From: Candidatus Omnitrophota bacterium
GTDB taxonomy: Bacteria; Omnitrophota; Gorgyraeia; 1-14-0-20-64-10
Direction of reading: 5' to 3'
DNA length: 64,000 nucleotides
NCBI GenBank assembly: GCA_016201735.1
Contig: JACQCH010000011.1
Location: 1,291 to 65,290, forward strand
The position numbers and the translations under genes were made by a program. Positions 30,905 through 39,539 of this stretch are shown in pieces; the first letter of the stretch is position 1, and each line of letters begins with the position of its first letter. The notes beneath the pieces were generated by a model. That model was not told the DNA's origin, did no database searches, and saw only the letters and a list, made by a program, of their open reading frames with translations.

Positions 30905-33900
30905 ATGCGAAACGGTTCATTGAAGTCGTTGGTATCGCTGGTTCTTATCGTCGCATCATTCACAAGCTGGTCGACCCCGTCGTTTGCCCTGCGGCAGAGC
31001 CAGAGAGCCGACAGCAAAAGCGGGCTGGAGGAAATCCGTGTGGCCTTGGGGGATGGGCAGAATCCGCCCACTTGGGCGTGGTCAGAGAACGGCGGCCCCA
31101 TCTCTCTGCAGCAGCGAGTGAGCTTGATCTTGGAGGCGAACAGGAACACGAAAGGTGCTTTCGATTTGGGGCGGGCTGTCGCGGTGGCGGGTCACGGGAA
31201 GAAATCAAAACTCTCCAAGCGCTTTGAGCCGCTCTCCGACTATCTTGAGTCGGTAATTCCGGTCGAACTGCGAGAACTGGTTCTGGAAGGGCAGATGAAA
31301 GATGATCCGATCCTGCATCAGTCATCCCTGCTGGCGCAAGATCCCCAAGCCGCTTCCATCCTGGATTGGGTGAAAAGGAACGTTCGGTTCGTCGTGGTTT
31401 CGGATCAAGGGAACGGCTACCTGGCCGCTCAAGGGATCGCCGGTAGCCCGGAGCACACCGCGGTGATGGCCTACGCCGGCTGGCACGCCTATCCCCATTG
31501 GGAGAAAGGGATGGAGCCGGAGATGAAGGAAGCGATCCGGCGCGGCATGCGGGCCCGCCAGCAGAATCAGTCTCTGCGGCCGGATGAACTGCCAGGTCCT
31601 CCCTCGGTCTACTTGAGCGAAACCCAGATCCGGCAGTTCATGGCGGCCAAAGAGGAAGGCCGCCAAGTGCTGGCGATCAAACTGGCGCACGAGATCAAGG
31701 ACATCCTGCGCCAAGGGCGGCACGAGGAGGAAACGCCGGCCTTGACGCGCCAGGTCAACGAGTTCCTTAGCCGGAACATGCAGGCGGTCCAGCAGGTGAA
31801 GGAGCAGCAGGCGGCAGCCGCCCGTCTCCGGGAGCAACAGAAGCTGCACAAGTTCCACGCCACCGTGGATCTGACGGCGGTGGTGAAGACGAATCTACTG
31901 TCCGCTCATGCGCGACAGGAGATCGTCCGGGCGGTGGAGGATTTTCTTCACGCCCAACAGAAGAATGGAACTATCTTCGGGTTCAACGTCTTTCTCTTTG
32001 ACGGGGGAAAGATGCTGGTGGTGGATTTTGATTATCGGTTGACGGGTGAGTTAGAGAGGAATCCCAGGAAGCTGGCCGGCTATGCGGTGGAGCGTGCCCT
32101 GGATCAAGCGGCGAGACTGAATCTTTTGGAGCCGGATGGAATTCCGAATCTTCAGTCTCCCGAAACACAGAGACTGCTGAAGTTTGAATCCGGCGAGCAG
32201 CAGTTGACCCAGCGGGCCGCCGAGCCGATCGTGACCGTGCAGGCGATCGGCCTTGGAATGGGGGCTTTCAACCGGGCGATCTGGCATCTGCTCGTCGGGG
32301 ATGTCGGCCACCTGCAGGCGATCGCCGGCGACCAGGGCTTCCGGGTAAGGGTAGCCAACCTGAACGACATCCGTGAAGGGAAGGAACCGAGGTACCGGAT
32401 CTACGACTTCGATACTCCCGGCCTCAGCAAAGAGCAGCTCGAGCAGATCATTCAGCAGATTGAGCGAAATGAAATAACGGAAGAGGACCTCCCAGGAAAA
32501 TTCAGCCAGAATCTCCACCAGCTTCACCGGTTGGTCGGCGCGATGGACGAGTACGCCATCGAGGGAGTCTACCCGCTGCCGGGCAGCCGGTTCGCCTACA
32601 AAGTCGGCAAAGAAACCGTCACCCTCACCGACGAGCCGATCATCAAGGTGCACCTACATCCAAACCCGGTGGCGGAGTTCCGGGCCCAGTCCGGTGGTTG
32701 GGCGACCGGTTCCTATCAGAAGGTTTTGACCCTGCCGTACTTCGCCCCCAACGCCGACCAGACCCGCTGGGCCGGCTGGATTCCGGTTTCAAACAGGGAA
32801 GCGGAAGATTTGACCTCCCTCGATAAGGAAGGATGGCCCAGGCAGGAGATGGGTTTCGTGACCGCCTGGGGCGGGTCGCAGGACCGGGGCGGAACCGGGC
32901 GAGGCGAACCGCCGGTGACCGATGTCTTCGGCAAAAACGATCAGACGGAGATCAACCGCAAGGAGGACATGGATTTCCTCTTGGGGGTGTGGAAGGACAT
33001 AGGAGATTTTGAACCGCGGCTGACGGCAGCGGAAGCGGCCCGGCGCGCGAAGGAAGCGGCGGAGGCCTTCCCCTCCGTGGAGAAGGTACCCGCCGGCGTT
33101 CCTCCAGTCGGCGCATGGCATCCGATCCCGAACTTGAAGAAGGGTGAAGCAGACCCTGTGGTTGAATCCCTCCACGGTGAAGGCAAGCTCACCTGGAGTT
33201 TCTTCAAGGCCGACATCGGCGGCAAGGCGGGGCACGACCAGGTGCTCCAGACGCACATGGCGGCCGCCCGGGCCAAACTGGCGGAGGCCAAAGAAAAGGG
33301 ACTCATCAAGGATTACACCGTCTACTTCGTGGGAGACGATATGCAGTTGGGCATTCTCCACGACAAAGGGGTCCACAACGACGAGATTCACGCCATGGCC
33401 TGGCAGGTTTTTTGCTTCGGTTACTGGGTCTCCTGGAATTTGGGGCTGGAGCCGTATGGCCACGGGCAGGACATCCGGATCGCGGAGCTGTTTTCCAAAT
33501 ATCCGATTGAACAACACGCAAAGCTGACCCGAAGGGATGTGGAACTGTTGAAGACCGACTTTCAACAGGTAGCGACAGGCTGGGGAAACGTCCCGGGTCC
33601 GCTTAAGGCCAATGCCCAATTGGTTTCGACGTCGGCGCTGGACAAGTGGGATTTGCTCGATGCGGCTTTGAAGAAATGGGAGAGTGGGACCACCGCCGGG
33701 ACCATCGTGACCGAAGCGGTGCCGGTGGGCAATGTGACCGGGATGGGCATTGGCTGGGTTGAATCGGACGGCCAGGACGAAGAGCCGCTGATGATCTTCG
33801 GTCTGGATAAGTCGGGTGCCGGTGGTTTCAATCCCCGGCTGGTCAGGACGCTTTATAAGGCGCTGAATGCCGGGGATCTCTCCCGCGACGATCTGGTGGA

Positions 33901-36900
33901 GATGTGGGACGTCGAGGAGCAGAAGCGTGTCTTCCTCCGGATGGGGGACCACGAAGCCCAGATCCGGGGAATGGCCGCCCAGGTGAACAAGTACAACTTC
34001 AAGCGGATCATCGAAGCTAAGACAGGAAAGATTCTCGGCTGGCTCTCCTCTGAGATCCTGTCCAAGATCGGCCACGCATATGTAGGCAAGGACGACCCGA
34101 TCCTCGCTCTTCGGCAGAGGATCGGCCGCCACATGGCCGAGACGTTTAAGGATGTCCGGACCGCTCCGACACCCCAATTGGGAGACGAAGCAGGTTCGCA
34201 CAATCTCGCCAACGTCTTCCGAGCATGGTGGCAGTCGTTCCCGGGCGAGAAGAGCAATCCTGTCGGTGTGGCGATTACCTTCCTCGTTCGGAACGGCAGG
34301 ATTGAGTCAGAGGATGAGGGCTCCAAGCCAAAATACGACGAAGGTCGGAGGAGGACGGAGAGATTCAACCGAATCTTCTCCGCTGTCCAGGGGGAGTTCT
34401 CTCCGCTGGTGGCCAACCGGAAACAGATCGAGCCGTCCTATTCCCGGGCGCAGATGCTCGACAAGGCGGACCAGGCTCCGACCGCCTGGGTGGATCGGCC
34501 CTCCGTGAACGCCGGTTTGGAGGAGAATATCCCCCCTGTCTGGGTTGCGCGTCCAGAGGTGCTCGCTGGTTTTGAGCCAAAGGGAATCTTTTTCGACTTC
34601 GACGACACCCTCTGGCCCGGTTTCCCGCGGGATCTGGAGGCGGGATCGATCGCTTCCTGGGTGACGGGCCGGCCGAATCCCAGCCCGGAGATGGTGAAGC
34701 AGGTGAAAGATTTCCTCATTGAGACGAACGGAATGAGCTGGCGCGAGCGCAAGGAACAGTGGCGCTGGAACCTGCCGGGGGATCATGAGGCCTTCATCGA
34801 GCGGTTGCAAACTCAGCTCCGGCAGTTCATCCATGAGCACCATCTCACCGACCCTCGCTTCTTGACGCCGGGGGCTTCCTCACTTCTTGAAGCCCTCAAG
34901 GAAGCCGGAATTCAAATGTCGATCGTGACCGGTGGAGGCGCCGATTCCCGCCGACAGTACGCCGACGGACTGGGCATCGGCGGATTCTTCAAGCAGATCT
35001 ACGGCGGCGGCGAGAAGGTCGCCACCATCCGCCAAGGGATGAGGGCGTGGGGCTTTCAGCCGAACCAGGTGGCCATGGTCGGCGACGGGATTCCGGACAT
35101 CCGAGCGGCATTGCAGAATGGCATCTTGGCTGTGGGATTCGCGACCACCCCGGAACATCGCCGGCGGCTCATCGATGCCGGCGCCCAGGTGGTCATCTAC
35201 CGGGATTTTACCGCCTTGAAATCGATCTTGGGAGTTTTGAATATCCGTCAACGGCCTGCCGCCGGGCTGGAGGAATGGAGAGGGGGTCCTTTTCTGCGCC
35301 TGTATGTGCGGAGCGGTGATAATCGTACGCAGGGAAACGATAATCGCGCTGTGATTTATAACTTCAACCCATCCACGGGGGACCAGGTTTGGGTCAGTTT
35401 GTTAAATCGCCGCCGCCGTATGACGACCCTGGGAGCCCATTCCACTAACCCTCTGGGCGAGAGGGTTCCAGAGGATGTGGTAATCTTCCGTGGAGAGGTG
35501 ATGAGAAAGATCCTCGAAGCAGCGATGAAGAACGGGGATCTCGACCCCAAATTGTTCGAGGAGATTTGGCCGCGGGGCAGCAGGTCCCTGGAGTTCCGCA
35601 ACCCTAAGACGTTGGAGGCGCTGAACAGCCCTTGGATGAAGGAATCATTGGCTTTTCGAAAGCAGGCCGTATTAAAGAGGAAGCAAACCCATGAACCGAA
35701 GGGAGGCCTCGTCGCCACCTATCAACCTGGGGAGTGGGTCATTTTCTTTGACACCGCTGGGGACAACCAAACCCTCTGGCATCCCTTCGCAGAAGCGAGG
35801 ATCTTTCCCAGTAGCGATGATTCTGCCGCGCTCTCCTTCTCCGCGTTGAAGAATGTTCGCATTGACCGTGAAAGTAGGTATCCGTCCGCCGCCGGGCTGG
35901 AGGAGGAATATCGTGGACCTACGAGGGATGGGGCGGTCATTCTGAATCCGGATGTCCAAGGAGCGTGGCCGCCGCCGGCAGACACAGTGCGGTCCTTCAT
36001 TGCTGCAAGGCCCGGCAGCCAATTCCTGCTGACGGTCTTCAGAGGACCTTCCGGGAACCAAACGTGGGATCAAAAACAGTTTTACCTTGTCCGGCTAGAG
36101 AAAGGGAAGAAAGTCTCCTTTCTCCGCCCGGATTCCATTGAGTTAGCGGACTTCAGGAAACCGGAGAAGATCGTCCCGGTGCAGAGGGTGGTGGCTCTGC
36201 CGGATCGTGTGCGTGTCCGACCCGGTGCTCAGTGGGAGACAGCTTCCCAGCCAAGTGAAGGGGTTCGCATCGAGGATTTGCAGATGTCTATTTCTGTCGA
36301 ACCGGGAAAGGATGGTCTGCGCTTCCAGTTCGAGCAGAAGGCCAGGGATCCAGAGGCGGTCCCCCCGCTTTATTTGATCTTTCCATTGGACGCAGTGGAT
36401 GCTTGGCAAACGACGCTTCAGGCATATCGGAGTGTGAGTTTTGAGGTTCTGGCGGCATTGCGGAACCGGCCCGCTAAAAGTTTCCAGATCGACAAGGATT
36501 GGGTCGGGCAGAGTCTGCCTTCGGGTCAGGTGATTGATCAGGCGATTGCTCTGTTGAATGAGGATCCGACCCGTGTTCTTCAACTGCAATTTGGCGCTCG
36601 AGATCTATTCATCATCAAGTCCGTCGGCGACGGCTCCCGCGCCTGGATGGATGCCCAGATCGACTCCCTCAAGCAGCAGCTTACCGCCGGGTTGGAGGAA
36701 TCGAAGTTAAAACCGGAAGATATTCATATCCTGATTGTGGACGATGATCTTTCCATCCAAGGCGTGATTAATGCGGTGGTAACTTTATTGGTGAAGTTGC
36801 AAGGAATTGACGTTAGCCATATTCATGTGGCAGGAACGGTGGATGAAGCGCTGACTCTCATTGAGCAATTTAAACCTCAGTTTGCTTCCCTAGACATGAA

Positions 36901-38008
36901 TCTGAAGGATCCGGAGGGCCGGACCGGGATTGACATTGCCCGGAAATTGAAAGAGACGGACCCCTCTGCCCGGGCGATTTTGGTGGCTTTATTAGAGACA
37001 GACCAACAGATAGGCCGGAAGGATCAGGAATTGGCGCCCGGGGGCCTGCTTGCCGGGTTTGTCGAGAAGCCGAATATCATCCCGCCCCTCACGATGTTTG
37101 TGAATCGATTCCTGAAGGATCGAGTCGGATCCCCCGCCGCCGAGGAAGCGGCAGAGCCCGAAGAGATCCGGCAGGCTCGGGTCGAGGTAGATTTCGCCCG
37201 CACGCTTTTGGAGAAGACCTCCCAGGGGGCGGTGGATCAGGCCGAGCTGGCGCAGTATCAGGCTCGCCTCATGAGCGCTAAGAACAAACTTGCCTCCCTG
37301 CTCCGGCAGCAGAAGGAGGCGAAGGCCGGCGCCGAGGAGAAGAAAGAGGAAGCGCCGTCGCAGTTGGTGGTGGAGGCCCGGGCGGCGGTGAGGACCGCGG
37401 GAATCCGGCTTGCGGAGGCCACGCGGTCATACGTTTACACGACATGGCGAGACGTTGAGACGGCCGAGCTGGATCTGCGGCGGGCGGAGGTTTGGCAGAG
37501 TCACATCACACCTAACCCGATACCGCCGGAAACTTCCGCCGGCATGGAGGAGGTTCGTGCGGACCGGGTGAAGGTGACTCCGGGGGCGAAGCCGCAACTG
37601 GGCCGGGTTTTCGTGCAGGTTCGGGATGAGGCGGTTCAACCGTGGATTCATCTCTTGGGCTCCGAACCGATCTGGCTGTCGGACACCCTCAGAGGGGCTT
37701 CGGAGGATCTGCTCCATCAGTATCTAGGAGCAAACGCTGGGGAGGCCGACATTGCCTTCGTCGTTCCTTCGGTGATTCGAGAGGCTCCGGACCAGTGGAA
37801 CCGGCAGTTCCAGGGATACCGATTGCCTGCGGTGGAAGCGCCGTTGGGATTAATTCAAAAGTTGCAGGCGGATGAGTTGGCGGCGCTCTTGGGCCACTTG
37901 CAGCGGGTCCATGCGGAGCGAGGTTTCATGGGAGGCGTGATCCATCTGCTGGAGATCAGCGTGGAAGAACATGAAGGAGAACGGACTCTCCTGATTCGAT
38001 CCGCGTAG
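30905..38008 (+). CDS. giant mosaic multidomain protein 2 (about 2368 aa; signal peptide, FBP aldolase/phosphatase-like, HAD phosphatase and REC receiver modules separated by the same A-G-L/M-E-E junction motif)
   Basis: ATG 30905 is preceded by an AT-rich region and a GGGAGAG RBS and encodes a signal peptide (MRNGSLKSLVSLVLIVASFTSWSTPSFA). The ORF-track start at 30401 is read-through of the spacer. Six junction motifs and several domain signatures are present. Confidence 0.75.
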   Translation: MRNGSLKSLVSLVLIVASFTSWSTPSFALRQSQRADSKSGLEEIRVALGDGQNPPTWAWSENGGPISLQQRVSLILEANRNTKGAFDLGRAVAVAGHGKKSKLSKRFEPLSDYLESVIPVELRELVLEGQMKDDPILHQSSLLAQDPQAASILDWVKRNVRFVVVSDQGNGYLAAQGIAGSPEHTAVMAYAGWHAYPHWEKGMEPEMKEAIRRGMRARQQNQSLRPDELPGPPSVYLSETQIRQFMAAKEEGRQVLAIKLAHEIKDILRQGRHEEETPALTRQVNEFLSRNMQAVQQVKEQQAAAARLREQQKLHKFHATVDLTAVVKTNLLSAHARQEIVRAVEDFLHAQQKNGTIFGFNVFLFDGGKMLVVDFDYRLTGELERNPRKLAGYAVERALDQAARLNLLEPDGIPNLQSPETQRLLKFESGEQQLTQRAAEPIVTVQAIGLGMGAFNRAIWHLLVGDVGHLQAIAGDQGFRVRVANLNDIREGKEPRYRIYDFDTPGLSKEQLEQIIQQIERNEITEEDLPGKFSQNLHQLHRLVGAMDEYAIEGVYPLPGSRFAYKVGKETVTLTDEPIIKVHLHPNPVAEFRAQSGGWATGSYQKVLTLPYFAPNADQTRWAGWIPVSNREAEDLTSLDKEGWPRQEMGFVTAWGGSQDRGGTGRGEPPVTDVFGKNDQTEINRKEDMDFLLGVWKDIGDFEPRLTAAEAARRAKEAAEAFPSVEKVPAGVPPVGAWHPIPNLKKGEADPVVESLHGEGKLTWSFFKADIGGKAGHDQVLQTHMAAARAKLAEAKEKGLIKDYTVYFVGDDMQLGILHDKGVHNDEIHAMAWQVFCFGYWVSWNLGLEPYGHGQDIRIAELFSKYPIEQHAKLTRRDVELLKTDFQQVATGWGNVPGPLKANAQLVSTSALDKWDLLDAALKKWESGTTAGTIVTEAVPVGNVTGMGIGWVESDGQDEEPLMIFGLDKSGAGGFNPRLVRTLYKALNAGDLSRDDLVEMWDVEEQKRVFLRMGDHEAQIRGMAAQVNKYNFKRIIEAKTGKILGWLSSEILSKIGHAYVGKDDPILALRQRIGRHMAETFKDVRTAPTPQLGDEAGSHNLANVFRAWWQSFPGEKSNPVGVAITFLVRNGRIESEDEGSKPKYDEGRRRTERFNRIFSAVQGEFSPLVANRKQIEPSYSRAQMLDKADQAPTAWVDRPSVNAGLEENIPPVWVARPEVLAGFEPKGIFFDFDDTLWPGFPRDLEAGSIASWVTGRPNPSPEMVKQVKDFLIETNGMSWRERKEQWRWNLPGDHEAFIERLQTQLRQFIHEHHLTDPRFLTPGASSLLEALKEAGIQMSIVTGGGADSRRQYADGLGIGGFFKQIYGGGEKVATIRQGMRAWGFQPNQVAMVGDGIPDIRAALQNGILAVGFATTPEHRRRLIDAGAQVVIYRDFTALKSILGVLNIRQRPAAGLEEWRGGPFLRLYVRSGDNRTQGNDNRAVIYNFNPSTGDQVWVSLLNRRRRMTTLGAHSTNPLGERVPEDVVIFRGEVMRKILEAAMKNGDLDPKLFEEIWPRGSRSLEFRNPKTLEALNSPWMKESLAFRKQAVLKRKQTHEPKGGLVATYQPGEWVIFFDTAGDNQTLWHPFAEARIFPSSDDSAALSFSALKNVRIDRESRYPSAAGLEEEYRGPTRDGAVILNPDVQGAWPPPADTVRSFIAARPGSQFLLTVFRGPSGNQTWDQKQFYLVRLEKGKKVSFLRPDSIELADFRKPEKIVPVQRVVALPDRVRVRPGAQWETASQPSEGVRIEDLQMSISVEPGKDGLRFQFEQKARDPEAVPPLYLIFPLDAVDAWQTTLQAYRSVSFEVLAALRNRPAKSFQIDKDWVGQSLPSGQVIDQAIALLNEDPTRVLQLQFGARDLFIIKSVGDGSRAWMDAQIDSLKQQLTAGLEESKLKPEDIHILIVDDDLSIQGVINAVVTLLVKLQGIDVSHIHVAGTVDEALTLIEQFKPQFASLDMNLKDPEGRTGIDIARKLKETDPSARAILVALLETDQQIGRKDQELAPGGLLAGFVEKPNIIPPLTMFVNRFLKDRVGSPAAEEAAEPEEIRQARVEVDFARTLLEKTSQGAVDQAELAQYQARLMSAKNKLASLLRQQKEAKAGAEEKKEEAPSQLVVEARAAVRTAGIRLAEATRSYVYTTWRDVETAELDLRRAEVWQSHITPNPIPPETSAGMEEVRADRVKVTPGAKPQLGRVFVQVRDEAVQPWIHLLGSEPIWLSDTLRGASEDLLHQYLGANAGEADIAFVVPSVIREAPDQWNRQFQGYRLPAVEAPLGLIQKLQADELAALLGHLQRVHAERGFMGGVIHLLEISVEEHEGERTLLIRSA
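33180..34440 (+). other. fructose-1,6-bisphosphate aldolase/phosphatase (FBPA/P, archaeal-type class V FBPase)-like domain in giant protein 2
   Basis: Collinear resemblance to FBPA/P as recalled from memory: SFFKADIGGKAGH (vs SVIKADIGSLAGH), MAAARAKLAEAKEKGLIKDY, VGDDMQLGILHDKG, HAMAWQVF, YVGKDDPILALRQ (vs YVGKDDPVMIVRLQ), VRNGRI. Confidence 0.55.
34570..35200 (+). other. HAD-superfamily phosphatase module in giant protein 2
   Basis: HAD motif I FFDFDDTLW and motif IV MVGDGIPDIRAA. Bounded by junction motifs at 34508 and 35258. Confidence 0.65.
36700..37100 (+). other. response-regulator receiver (REC) module in giant protein 2
   Basis: ILIVDDD acidic pocket, phospho-acceptor context FASLDMNL, and a conserved Lys in GFVEKP. 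Begins 4 residues after the junction motif at 36686. Confidence 0.65.
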
Positions 38009-38041
38009 ACGGTAAGAAGTGTATGATATACTGAGTGCATT

Positions 38042-38458
38042 ATGGAGATTAAGAGTCTTGGATTGAAGGTTAGACGACCATTGCACCGTCTAGGGGTAAG
38101 GTTAATCTATCTCTATGGATCGCAAGCGTTGGAACGGTCGAGCCCCCTCAGCGATGTCGATATCGGGGTTGTCTTCCGGAACCCCAAGCGCCTTGCCCAG
38201 CGAGCCGCCCTTCGATTGGAGCTGATGAAATGTTTGGAGCCGATCCTTTCCCCGGAACTCTCGAAGGAGATAGATCTGGTATTCCTTCAAACTGCCTCAC
38301 CGGTGCTCCAGTTTGAAGCCATCAACGCAAGATGTCCCCTGTTTGTAGCCGACCCAGTCTTTCAAGCCGATTACGAGGCCCAGGTGATGCGGGAGTATCT
38401 CGATGTTCGCCCCTTGGTTGAGGTCCACTACCAAGCCGCGCTTGATCGAGCCGCATGA
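38042..38458 (+). CDS. mntA: nucleotidyltransferase-fold protein, MntA-type antitoxin of a HepT/MntA (HEPN/MNT) toxin-antitoxin pair
   Basis: Minimal nucleotidyltransferase motif LYGSQA…SDVDIGVVF. 138 aa. 4-nt overlap with the downstream HEPN gene. Confidence 0.75.
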   Translation: MEIKSLGLKVRRPLHRLGVRLIYLYGSQALERSSPLSDVDIGVVFRNPKRLAQRAALRLELMKCLEPILSPELSKEIDLVFLQTASPVLQFEAINARCPLFVADPVFQADYEAQVMREYLDVRPLVEVHYQAALDRAA

Positions 38459-38922
38459 GATCTGTTCCTCTTAACCGGAAGGTTCTGCTCAATCGTCTCT
38501 CAGAGATTGAACGCGACTATCTGGAATTAGGGAAGTTCCGACATCTGACTCTTAAGGAATTTTCAAAAGGAGTTCACTTTGCGGTTGCAGAACACTACCT
38601 TCGGCGTGCCCTGGAGGCGACTTTTGATGCTGGCAACCACATTCTTTCCCGCCTCCCTTTGGCTCCGGGCCAACGGCCGGAGACTTACAAAACCATCGCG
38701 CTTGCCCTGGGGCGTTACAAGATTGTCTCCGAAGCGTTTGCTCAGGGGCCTTTGCAGGAGATGGCTGGCTATCGGAATCGACTGATCCATTTCTATGATG
38801 AGATTACACCGGAGGAACTCCACGAAATCATTCAGTTCCATCTGGAAGATCTAGATACCTTTGCGAAGGCCTTGCGGAAGATCGTCCTCCATCCAACGCG
38901 GATTGGACTGAGGATTCAGTAG
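38455..38922 (+). CDS. hepT: HEPN-domain protein (DUF86/HepT-type toxin)
   Basis: C-terminal R-x4-6-H HEPN motif (YRNRLIHFY). 155 aa. Translationally coupled to the MNT gene. Confidence 0.75.
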   Translation: MRSVPLNRKVLLNRLSEIERDYLELGKFRHLTLKEFSKGVHFAVAEHYLRRALEATFDAGNHILSRLPLAPGQRPETYKTIALALGRYKIVSEAFAQGPLQEMAGYRNRLIHFYDEITPEELHEIIQFHLEDLDTFAKALRKIVLHPTRIGLRIQ

Positions 38923-38928
38923 TTTGCC

Positions 38929-38958
38929 TTGACGGAGTAAATTGCCGGGTGTTAGAAT
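38929..38958 (+). promoter_or_regulatory. sigma70-like promoter (TTGACG-N17-xTAGAAT) upstream of the peptidoglycan-binding gene
   Basis: -35 hexamer at 38929-38934 and -10 hexamer TAGAAT at 38953-38958, read from the sequence. Confidence 0.4.
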
Positions 38959-39013
38959 CGGACCATTCGGGTGAAAGCTTTTATTTAACCCACCTTAAAG
39001 GAGACTAACCATC

Positions 39014-39532
39014 ATGTTGCAAAGCAAAACTGGTTTGTGGATCGCTGGGCTCGCGGCGGCCGTTGTATTGGTCAGCGTCGGGTATGGAATGGGCCGAAGG
39101 GCCGGCGGGACGGTGTCGGATGCCTCTCGCGCTTTAACACCAGCGGGGGCGCCGCTTCCCCCGATTCAGATTGAACCGATTCACCCGCAGGAAGAGCTGG
39201 CTGCGATTTCTAAGACACCGGCGCAGGAAGCATCAACGGCGCAGCAGAACCCACCCGCGCCGGCCGCTTCTGCCGCCCCTTCGCAGGTGGCTTCTTCTGC
39301 CGGGCAGGGAATTCCCGCGGAGGAATCGGCTCGGGTTCGGGAAGTCCAGCGGGCGCTCAAAGCCGCCGGATTTGACCCGGGGCCGACCGACGGCCACCTT
39401 GGGACTAGGACCCGGACGGCCATCCGGGATTTCCAGACTCAGCAGGGATTGGAGCCGGACGGGAAGGTGGGTCCCAGGACCTGGAGCAAGTTGGAGCCAT
39501 TCTTAAACAAGCAGTCGACCTCAGGAGATTAA
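39014..39532 (+). CDS. membrane-anchored peptidoglycan-binding (PG_binding_1) domain protein
   Basis: N-terminal TM anchor, Pro/Ala-rich linker, and a C-terminal PG-binding repeat (VREVQRALKAAGFDPGPTDGHLGTRTRTAIRDFQ…). Confidence 0.7.
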   Translation: MLQSKTGLWIAGLAAAVVLVSVGYGMGRRAGGTVSDASRALTPAGAPLPPIQIEPIHPQEELAAISKTPAQEASTAQQNPPAPAASAAPSQVASSAGQGIPAEESARVREVQRALKAAGFDPGPTDGHLGTRTRTAIRDFQTQQGLEPDGKVGPRTWSKLEPFLNKQSTSGD

Positions 39533-39539
39533 AGCGACC

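Noticed and set aside
13849-37552. Recurring gccgccgg(g/c)ctggaggag-like DNA strings considered as a dispersed DNA repeat or degenerate CRISPR-like array
   Set aside because: Every copy is in the coding frame of the giant ORFs. Spacing is irregular (0.6-5.4 kb), and the copies differ by synonymous substitutions. The signal is therefore a conserved peptide motif, not a nucleotide repeat array.
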